A DNA stretch of 32,000 nucleotides, from positions 540,001 through 572,000 of the forward strand of contig NZ_CP043315.1 of NCBI RefSeq assembly GCF_008189285.1, read 5' to 3'. The notes below the pieces were generated by a model. The model was given only the letters and a program-made list of their open reading frames with translations, had not been told where the DNA came from and made no database searches. The number at the start of each line of letters is the position of its first letter. Within the stretch, counting starts at the first letter, position 1. The DNA comes from Candidatus Saccharimonadota bacterium. GTDB taxonomy: Bacteria; Pseudomonadota; Alphaproteobacteria; CAJXXZ01; 1604HC. Below, piece by piece: positions 17,025 to 24,269 of the stretch. The translations under genes and the position numbers were made by a program.

Positions 17025-17362
17025 TGTTTAATAAAATTACAAAAAGAGGGACAGAAAAAGATTTTTGAATAAATAAATATTGAAGTTTAAGACTCCTAAA
17101 AAGGGCAGAGCCAATTAGATTCTCATAGAGATTTAGCTAAGCATTAAAATTTAAAGTGCTAAGTAAGAGAATTAAGCAAAATTAGCTTATAAACAGGTAA
17201 AATTATATTAAGATGAATTCTTTATCTTGTAGATTTTGCAAATATTTAATAGAGAGATAAAATTTAATGGGATAAATAACTGTATTCAGTATTTTCCTTT
17301 TTGTTAAAATATTATAAATATTTAAGTTTTTCGAAATTTAAATAAAGAAAGGGAAATAAAAA

Positions 17363-18556
17363 ATGAATGAAAATGACACAGTAAATAACTCAAACTCTGG
17401 AAACGACGGAGGAAACAGAGAAAGAAGTTCAGGCGGAGATTTTAGAGGAAATCGTGAAGGCGGCGGAAGTCGCGGAGGTTTCGGCGGCGGACGTGACGGT
17501 GGAAGTCGCGGAGGTTTCGGCGGCGGACGTGACGGTGGAAGCCGTGGCGGATTCGGTGGCGGACGTGATGGCGGAAGCCGTGGCGGATTCGGTGGCGGAC
17601 GTGATGGTGGAAGCCGTGGCGGATTCGGTGGCGGAAGTCGCGGAGGTTTCGGTGGCGGACGTGACGGTGGAAGCCGTGGCGGATTCGGCGGAGAAAGATC
17701 TGGCGGATTCGGTGGCGGACGTGACGGTGGAAGCCGTGGCGGATTCGGTGGCGGACGTGATGGCGGAAGCCGTGGCGGATTCGGCGGAGAAAGATCTGGC
17801 GGATTCGGTGGCGGACGTGACGGCGGAAGTCGCGGAGGTTTCGGCGGCGGACGTGACGGTGGAAGTCGCGGAGGTTTCGGTGGCGGACGTGACGGTGGAA
17901 GTCGTGGAGGTTTCGGTGGCGGAAGTCGCGGAGGCTTCGGTGGCGGACGTGATGGCGGAAGTCGTGGCGGATTCGGTGGAGAAAGATCTGGTGGATTCGG
18001 TGGCGGACGTGACGGCGGAAGTCGTGGCGGATTCGGTGGAGAAAGATCTGGTGGATTCGGTGGTGGACGTGACGGCGGAAGTCGTGGCGGATTCGGTGGC
18101 GGACGTGACGGTGGAAGTCGCGGAGGTTTCGGTGGCGGAAGTCGCGGAGGCTTCGGTGGAAGCCGTGACGGTGGAAGCCGTGGCGGATTCGGTGGCGGAC
18201 GTGATGGCGGAAGTCGTGGCGGATTCGGTGGAAATCGTGATGGTGGAAACAGATTCGAAAATGAAAATTCAAACAGAGGAAACTTCAGAGATAATAACAA
18301 TGAAGAAAGATTCAATAACGAAGATGCAAACGAAAATCAATTCGAGAGCAATATAGTGATTGAAGATGAATCCGAAGAAGGAATTTCAAATGAAAATCAA
18401 TCTGAGAATGAAACATCCAATGAATCTGAAGAAAATTCTAACGATGAATCTAAAGAAGATGAATCCGAAGAAGACTCTAACGATGAATCTGAAGAAGATG
18501 AGTCAGAAGAAGATTCTAACGATGAGTCAGAAGAAGACGCAACAAACAAGGACTAA
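17363..18556 (+). CDS. RGG/GAR-repeat protein with an acidic D/E/S/N-rich C-terminal tail (no other domain)
   Basis: ORF track. ATG is preceded by AAGGGA at an 8-nt spacing. About 25 modules of [12 protein letters not shown] / GSRGGFGG / ERSGGFGG are present. Differences between repeats are synonymous in this frame. The ORF extends about 100 codons beyond the repeats into the tail ..[29 protein letters not shown]. Confidence 0.8.
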   Translation: MNENDTVNNSNSGNDGGNRERSSGGDFRGNREGGGSRGGFGGGRDGGSRGGFGGGRDGGSRGGFGGGRDGGSRGGFGGGRDGGSRGGFGGGSRGGFGGGRDGGSRGGFGGERSGGFGGGRDGGSRGGFGGGRDGGSRGGFGGERSGGFGGGRDGGSRGGFGGGRDGGSRGGFGGGRDGGSRGGFGGGSRGGFGGGRDGGSRGGFGGERSGGFGGGRDGGSRGGFGGERSGGFGGGRDGGSRGGFGGGRDGGSRGGFGGGSRGGFGGSRDGGSRGGFGGGRDGGSRGGFGGNRDGGNRFENENSNRGNFRDNNNEERFNNEDANENQFESNIVIEDESEEGISNENQSENETSNESEENSNDESKEDESEEDSNDESEEDESEEDSNDESEEDATNKD

Positions 18557-18682
18557 TAATCCAAATTTCAAAGAAATGATGCAATCTGCATCGATTTTGC
18601 GATTATTTATCGCAAATAAAATTACAATAATACAATAAATATAGCCAGGATCGAGCTACTCAAGTTAAAACAAAGAATATAA

Positions 18683-18700
18683 ATGCTCCAAGCGGAGCAT
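18683..18700 (+). terminator. Weak hairpin ATGCTCC-AAGC-GGAGCAT downstream of the RGG gene
   Basis: A 7-bp stem read directly from the sequence. No U-run follows. Confidence 0.2.
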
Positions 18701-18796
18701 GCTAAAATACTAATAAATTTACTTCATATAAAATATTTTTGAATATACAAATTAACAAGCATATCTAAACAATTATTATTTTATAAAAAATATTGA

Positions 18797-18812
18797 TGCT
18801 CCACGTGGAACA
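18797..18812. repeat. Palindrome family copy TGcTCCACGTGGAACA (one mismatch)
   Basis: Read directly from the sequence; intergenic. Confidence 0.85.
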
Positions 18813-18935
18813 ATTTATAAGATCTTGCATTGTCTGCATTTTAAATTTTAAACATATCATTAGAAAAATTAATCTTATTGATAATAATGCGATTTATCTT
18901 AATGATAATTTTTTAATGAATTAAAGGAGATTTAT

Positions 18936-19721
18936 ATAGCAAGACTAAAAAATAAAATAGCATTAATCACAGGCGGGGACATGGAGTTAAAATAGAAACT
19001 ATCTTGCTTGCTTAATTCTAAAGGAGCAACTGTTATTATAGTTGATTTGTTGGAAAATGAAGACCAAACAGTGGCAGATAGCATTAATGGGGATCTTGTA
19101 CTATGTATGTTGCAAATAAATCAGAATGGGTGGATTATAAATGCAATAAAGAATAAATTTGGTTGATTGGATATTTTATTTAATAATGCTAAAATTACAG
19201 GTTTTGATGAGAATTTAGGTCAGGAAAATATTAGATTGGAAACTTGGCATCATGTGCATAAAATAAATTTAGATGACGTATTTTTGAGATGCAAATATGG
19301 AGCTTCTCTTATGAAACAGAACGGTGGATCAATTGTTAATATCATCTAGATTTTGGAGTTGTTGAAATTCCTAGGGCTAGCCGCATATACATAAAGCAAA
19401 GCAGCTGTAAGAAATCACACAAAAACTGTTGCCCTATATTGCGCAGAACAAGGTTATAAAATTCGTTGCAATTCACTTCATCCTGGAGCAATATTAACTC
19501 CAATGTGGGATTCTATGTTTGGAAATGACAAAAAATCTCGCGAAAAAATGATTAATTCAATTGCTTCTGGCGTGCCACTTGGAACTATGGGAGAGCCTAG
19601 CGATGTTGCAAATGCTGTACTTTATCTTGGTTCTGATGAATCAAAATATATAACTGGAATAGAATTAAATATTGACGGAGGAATTCTTGCAGGAAGTCAA
19701 TCTGCGCCAAAAAAGAATTAG
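18936..19721 (+). pseudogene. Short-chain dehydrogenase/reductase (FabG-like) pseudogene
   Basis: A single reading frame translates as (I)ARLKNKIALITGG..GATVIIVD..FG*LDILFNNAKI..GGSIVNII*..AAYT*SKAAV..IRCNSLHPGAILTPM..GEPSDVANAVLYLGSDESKYITG. In-frame stops occur at 18993, 19164, 19347 and 19392. The start codon position reads ATA, 5 nt after an intact AAGGAGA. The glycine-rich cofactor motif is degraded, and one stop falls inside YxxxK. Confidence 0.85.
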
Positions 19722-19736
19722 AATGAATAATAAATT

Positions 19737-19750
19737 GTTCCACATGGAAC
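19737..19750. repeat. Palindrome family copy GTTCCACATGGAAC
   Basis: Read directly from the sequence, 16 nt after the pseudogene stop. Confidence 0.85.
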
Positions 19751-19952
19751 GCTATAATTTGTGACTATGAATTCTTAATAAACTTTTCATTTGAAATTCT
19801 TTGTATAAAATATGCATCAAAGAAATTAACATCATATCTTTCTCCATCTAATCCGCTACAGCTTCCACCTTCACACCACTTAAACCTCCACGAATTCTAT
19901 AATCGAATACGCTAATGAAGTTTAATGCTTTAAATTTAGCATTTTAAACTTT

Positions 19953-19968
19953 TGTTCCACATGGAACA
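19953..19968. repeat. Palindrome family copy TGTTCCACATGGAACA
   Basis: Read directly from the sequence; intergenic. Confidence 0.9.
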
Positions 19969-20073
19969 CTTCTCCTTTAAATATCTTCACTAAATTTATA
20001 TCAATTTTTAGCATCATTTTTACAGCATATCGTTTTATCTTATTGGATCTACTTAACAAACTTTTAGATTAAA

Positions 20074-20139
20074 TTTAATTCCATTTTTCATTTCTTTCAT
20101 TTTCGCTTAAGTTTAATTCCGTTTTTCATTTCTTTCATT
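20074..20139. repeat. Direct repeat, 2 x 28 nt at 38-bp spacing (tttaattccRtttttcatttctttcatt)
   Basis: Copies lie at 20074-20101 and 20112-20139 with one mismatch. Confidence 0.7.
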
Positions 20140-20184
20140 CTCAGTTAATATTTAGATTTAATTTTCCATTCAGAAGAATGTTTT

Positions 20185-20823
20185 CTATTCAGAAGAATTG
20201 CTAAACAAGCTTAATCCTGCACATACAGCTGTTTCTGCTCTTAATATATTATGGTGCAAAGAAATCTTTTTATATTTATTTAAAGCATTTAGTTCATTAT
20301 CTGACCATCCGCCTTCAGGCCCAATAAGCATTCCATCTCCATTCCAGAAATCTTTTTTATTATTTTGAGAAGAATCTGCTACAACCCATTCTATATCTGG
20401 CAAATCAATTAATTTAATATTTTCATGTATTTTAGGAACTCCAATTCTTCCACATTGCTCAGCTGCCTCTATTGCAATTTTATTTAATCGCCTTGAATCA
20501 ATATATTTGCGATTTACTCTATCAGTAATTAATAAATATATTTCATCAACATCAAGCTCAACAGCTTTCTCTATTGCTACTTCTAGTTTATTTTTCCTTA
20601 TATAGCCAATGCCTAGCTTTGGTCTTTTTCGCATAACAGTAGATAGATTTTCTATTATTTCAATATTTGGAAATAATATTTTTGCTTTAAATGCATTTTT
20701 ATTATCGAAAATTTCAATAATATCTTCATCATTACATCTCATCACATTTTTAAGATAATGTAATTGCTTGTCATCAAGAGTCAATGTACTTGAATAAATG
20801 CTTTCTATATATATTCTTATCAT
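20185..20823 (-). CDS. rsmE: 16S rRNA (uracil1498-N3)-methyltransferase RsmE
   Basis: ORF track. 212 aa with HYLKNVMRCNDEDIIEIFD at the N-terminus and LIGPEGGWSDNE..L..NILRAETA at the C-terminus (SPOUT knot). Confidence 0.85.
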   Translation of the reverse strand: MIRIYIESIYSSTLTLDDKQLHYLKNVMRCNDEDIIEIFDNKNAFKAKILFPNIEIIENLSTVMRKRPKLGIGYIRKNKLEVAIEKAVELDVDEIYLLITDRVNRKYIDSRRLNKIAIEAAEQCGRIGVPKIHENIKLIDLPDIEWVVADSSQNNKKDFWNGDGMLIGPEGGWSDNELNALNKYKKISLHHNILRAETAVCAGLSLFSNSSE

Positions 20824-21359
20824 ACTCTGATTGTTCGCATATGATGTGTAGTTGTGTCAATAATCAATGACTCATTTCCCGTAACATTTTGATCATCTTC
20901 AATTCCCATAGCATCAATTGTAATTTCACTAAATTTAGAAGCATTGTCATGAGATGAAATATTTGCACTTGTCATGCATAGTGGCATTTTTACTTCATTT
21001 AAAATTTCTTGAAAAACTCTATTCTCTGGCACTCTAATTCCTATTTTTCCAGTGAATTTTGATCTGGAGTGAAATCCATGAGGAATGTCGCTTTTGATGA
21101 TCAATGTAAAAGGGCCAGGAAATAATCTATCGCACAAATTATGAAGATTTTTTGGAATATTAAATTGATCAAGCATGTTTTTTGTTATATGCAAACTAAT
21201 TGGCTTTTCTATATTTCGATTCTTTATATCAAATAATTTATCAATAGCAGTTTGAGAATCATACCTTGCTCCAATTCCGTATACTGTTTCAGTAGGCAAA
21301 ATTACAATTTCATCATTCAGTATTTTTTGTATTATTTTATTTTTTATTGAATAAATCAT
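20820..21359 (-). CDS. tsaC: YrdC/TsaC-family threonylcarbamoyl-AMP synthase
   Basis: ORF track. The LPTETVYGIGA motif is present, at 179 aa. A 4-nt overlap joins it to rsmE. Confidence 0.85.
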   Translation of the reverse strand: MIYSIKNKIIQKILNDEIVILPTETVYGIGARYDSQTAIDKLFDIKNRNIEKPISLHITKNMLDQFNIPKNLHNLCDRLFPGPFTLIIKSDIPHGFHSRSKFTGKIGIRVPENRVFQEILNEVKMPLCMTSANISSHDNASKFSEITIDAMGIEDDQNVTGNESLIIDTTTHHMRTIRV

Positions 21360-22680
21360 GCGCCATTTTTCTCAAATTATCAGAAGATTCATTAGACTTA
21401 GAGCCTCCAAAAGATTTATTTGACTCAGAGCTGCTAGAAGACTCATTCAATTTATAGTTTTCAGAAATCTCATTCGATTTGGAATTTACAGCAGATTCAC
21501 TTGATTCAGGCTTAACTCTAGAAATATTAATAGAATTATTGCTATTTTCTCCCACTCTTATCTTCTCTTTCATATCTTTGCTATCTTCCTCTGAATGATT
21601 GTGAATATCTTCTGAATTACTATAACTATTCTCTACATTATTATTTTGAGTAATTTGATTAGCCATGCTATTATTTCCAGATTCATACATCATTGATGCT
21701 TTAAGCAAATGTACATCGAATATCTCTTCTGGATATGGGCTCTGATGCAACTCTACAGAGCTTTGAGCCAACATATACCCTAAAGCAATATCTTGCTGAG
21801 AAGCATAATTCTCTCTTATTTGAATTAATAGCTGTCTTATTACATTTAATGAATCTGATCCTTCAGAAATGACTTTTTGCGCAATGGATTTCAACTTATT
21901 ATAAGATTTTTCTCTTATGCATTTTAAAATTTGAGATAAGTTATCTTCAGATGCCAATCCAAGCATTTTTTGCATACTGCTCTCAGTTATTTTCTGTTCA
22001 CATAAAAGAGAAGCTTGTTCCAAAATAGAAATAGCCTGCCTCATTGATCCATAAGATGCAAGAAAAATCATATCTATAGCATTTTTTTCAATGTCTATTC
22101 CATATTGCTTTGATAAATTCTGTATATGCAATTTCATACTTTCTTGCTTAATGCTTTCAAGTGAGATTCTAAAACATCTCGATATAATAGTTTTTGGAAT
22201 TTTATCGATATCTGTTGTGGCCAACACAAATTGGGTGTAACTATTTGGCTCTTCAAGTGTTTTTAGCAACGCGCTAATTGCACTTCTAGAAAGCATGTGA
22301 ACTTCATCTATAATATATATTCTCTTTTTTGCATTAACAGGCCTGTAGACAGATCCCTCAAGAAGATTTCTGATTGAATCAACGCTTGTATTACTTGCTC
22401 CATCCAACTCAAATACATCTGGATGAATATTATCAATACAATCTAAGCAATTTTTGCATACACCGCAAGGCTCATCATTTACATGATCTTTGCAACAAAA
22501 CCATTGCGCTATCAATCTAGCTAAAGTAGTTTTTCCAACCCCAGCTGGACCATGCAATAAACAAACATTCCCCAATAAATCTCGCTTCAATCCATTGTGA
22601 AGTAATTTTACAGCTAACTCTTGACCAATAACATCTCTAAATTTTCTTGGCCTAGCTTGTTTTGGTAAATTACATTTCAT
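21337..22680 (-). CDS. dnaX: DNA polymerase III subunit gamma/tau, with an N/S/E-rich low-complexity C-terminus
   Basis: ORF track. RPRKFRDVIGQE, Walker A HGPAGVGKTT, the zinc module CGVCKNCLDC, IIDEVHMLS, LLKTLEEP and SRC are all present. Confidence 0.92.
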   Translation of the reverse strand: MKCNLPKQARPRKFRDVIGQELAVKLLHNGLKRDLLGNVCLLHGPAGVGKTTLARLIAQWFCCKDHVNDEPCGVCKNCLDCIDNIHPDVFELDGASNTSVDSIRNLLEGSVYRPVNAKKRIYIIDEVHMLSRSAISALLKTLEEPNSYTQFVLATTDIDKIPKTIISRCFRISLESIKQESMKLHIQNLSKQYGIDIEKNAIDMIFLASYGSMRQAISILEQASLLCEQKITESSMQKMLGLASEDNLSQILKCIREKSYNKLKSIAQKVISEGSDSLNVIRQLLIQIRENYASQQDIALGYMLAQSSVELHQSPYPEEIFDVHLLKASMMYESGNNSMANQITQNNNVENSYSNSEDIHNHSEEDSKDMKEKIRVGENSNNSINISRVKPESSESAVNSKSNEISENYKLNESSSSSESNKSFGGSKSNESSDNLRKMAHDLFNKK

Positions 22681-22858
22681 TAAACAATTTTACCCTTCTT
22701 TTTATATTTGTTCAAATGCCCTATTTTTTATATATTTTTGTGTAATTTATTAATTTTATACAATTGCTTTTTGTGCTACTTTTTATTTTCCACCTGTAAA
22801 GTTTTTCCTATTGATATAAAAATTATTAATGATACTCTATGATCAATTAGGAGTTTTT

Positions 22859-23233
22859 ATGACAATATCAACAAAACCAAATTTACAACTTATTTATGTA
22901 TCGGACATTAAGCGTTCCACAGCTTTTTATGAGAAACTTTTTGATGCAAAGCCAATAGTTTCTATGGAGAATTATGTAGCATTTTCAGCTGGAGGAGATT
23001 CAGTATTCTCAATATGCATACGCTTAGAACACGAACCAAAATACGATGCTGAGCGATTCTCTGAAATTGGAATTATGCTTCCTTCAAATGAAGATGTAGA
23101 TCGATTTTTTGAAAAATGTAAAAATGAGCTTAATGCTAAAGTAGTGCAAGAGCCAATAACTGAATGTTTTGGACGCACTTTCTTAATTGCAGATCCTGAT
23201 GGACACATTATTAGATCTTGTCCAGTAGGATAA
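22859..23233 (+). CDS. VOC (glyoxalase/bleomycin-resistance/dioxygenase) family protein
   Basis: ORF track 22829..23233. I prefer ATG 22859, preceded by TAGGAG. The N-terminus LIYVSDIKRSTAFYEKLF and C-terminus FLIADPDGHIIR are typical VOC beta-alpha-beta-beta-beta module ends. Confidence 0.75.
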   Translation: MTISTKPNLQLIYVSDIKRSTAFYEKLFDAKPIVSMENYVAFSAGGDSVFSICIRLEHEPKYDAERFSEIGIMLPSNEDVDRFFEKCKNELNAKVVQEPITECFGRTFLIADPDGHIIRSCPVG

Positions 23234-23370
23234 ATATTTTAGATCTTGCCCAGTAGATTATTAGATATTGCCTAGTAGGATAAATATTTTAGATTTCATT
23301 CAGTAGGATAAATATTTTAGATTTCATTCAGTATGGATGAAATATTTTAGATTTCATTCAATGGGATAAG
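23211..23370. repeat. Degenerate tandem repeat, about 6 copies of ~28 bp (ttagatYtt..cagtaggataaatatt), seeded from the 3' end of the VOC gene
   Basis: The 'ttagat' anchor recurs at 23211, 23239, 23261, 23289, 23317 and 23347. Confidence 0.8.
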
Positions 23371-23432
23371 AAGAATTATCTTGTAACTTGATTTTTACTA
23401 CAATTTCTTCATTTTACTATAATTTCTTCAAA

Positions 23433-24269
23433 TTAGTTTTGTTGGAAAATCTTATTAATAATCGCAGGGTCATTAAATTCATTTAATATTTCTGCAAAGG
23501 ATTTATTTTCCCACTCTACCGCTTTATGTAACAAGTATGGAGTTGCACTATGAGGGTCATGTTTTTTTAGATATTTCGTTATATCTCTAATCAAGCTATA
23601 TGCATGCTCTCTAGATTTTATTTCATCACTAGATTCATTTTTTACTTCATGAACTATAGACTCACTAATACTTAGTTTGTCTTTTTGATTTTGAAAATCA
23701 TTAATAATTTTTGATACTTTGCTCATTTTTAGATTTTTCTTTTCACAATGAGAAATGATAGATTTAATAATATTAATCAAATCAAGAATTATTCTTGCTT
23801 CATCATCCAGCAATTCACTGCAGTAAGAAGGGGCAATATTTTTGTAGAAATCAGATAATGCATATTTATTATCTCCAGATCCGCATAATGTTAAATTATC
23901 AGGCATCATTTTGCATAATACTTTATCAAGATAATTTGCTGCCTTTTGAAGAGAGTCCTGATCATTGCAATGATTTATCATTATAAAATCAAACATCTCT
24001 AGAGAAATTTGCAAATCTTGCTTTAAATATAAGTTAGCCTCAACAAGCCATACCATAACTTGTAAATCTTTTTTATGCTTAACAAGAATATCTAAACATA
24101 GATTTCTAATTGTAGTCCAATCTTTTTGCTTTGCGCTTCCCCATGCTCCTTTTGGTAAATTATCATGCTTTTGCTCTACCAAAGTTTCTAATTGAACAAA
24201 TAAATTAGTGCCTCTAATATTATCAATTGGATCAATAAGATTTTCTTTTATATCAATTATTTTGAACAT
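23433..24269 (-). CDS. tssA: ImpA_N-domain / TssA-like T6SS protein (short form, 278 aa)
   Basis: ORF track. N-terminal ..G-x-N-x-F..-DW..IRNLCLDILVKHKKDLQVMVWLVEANLY fits the ImpA N-terminal domain. C-terminal REHAYSLIRDITKYLKKHDPHSATPYLLHKAVEW resembles the conserved EPHSP-x-PYLL motif. A 13-nt overlap joins it to tssM. Confidence 0.7.
   Translation of the reverse strand: MFKIIDIKENLIDPIDNIRGTNLFVQLETLVEQKHDNLPKGAWGSAKQKDWTTIRNLCLDILVKHKKDLQVMVWLVEANLYLKQDLQISLEMFDFIMINHCNDQDSLQKAANYLDKVLCKMMPDNLTLCGSGDNKYALSDFYKNIAPSYCSELLDDEARIILDLINIIKSIISHCEKKNLKMSKVSKIINDFQNQKDKLSISESIVHEVKNESSDEIKSREHAYSLIRDITKYLKKHDPHSATPYLLHKAVEWENKSFAEILNEFNDPAIINKIFQQN

Noticed and set aside
17338-18356. Three further long ORFs overlap the RGG gene: the minus-strand Pro-rich [17 protein letters not shown] 17338..18315, the minus-strand H/R-rich ORF 17442..18272, and the plus-strand A/V/E-rich ORF 17454..18356.
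   Set aside because: These are repeat-generated shadow frames of GGN/CGN-rich DNA. Differences between repeats are always synonymous in the 17363 frame but change K/N in the Pro-rich antisense frame. Only the 17363 frame has an ATG with a purine-rich RBS and continues about 100 codons beyond the repeats.
18993-19394. The in-frame stops of the SDR gene could be stop-codon reassignment or programmed readthrough. UGA=Trp decoding would also open the tandem arrays.
   Set aside because: All three stop codons (TAG, TGA, TAA) occur in the dead gene. The start codon and catalytic motifs are also mutated. Every housekeeping gene in the window terminates normally and uses TGG for Trp at conserved positions.
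19765-19945. A possible minus-strand gene remnant between two palindrome copies (..NAKFKALNFISVFDYRIRGGLSGVKVEAVAD*, then after a frame shift GLDGERYDVNFFDAYFIQRISNEKFIKNS*).
   Set aside because: It totals only about 60 codons, needs an assumed frameshift, and has no recognisable family. It cannot be distinguished from chance open frames without a database search.
22324-22331. An A-AAA-AAG slippery heptamer in phase within dnaX (GCA AAA AAG), reminiscent of the E. coli tau/gamma frameshift site.
   Set aside because: It lies at about codon 117, next to the Walker B region. A -1 shift would yield a useless ~125-aa product (..AKKENIYYR*). Such A-runs are expected by chance in AT-rich coding DNA.
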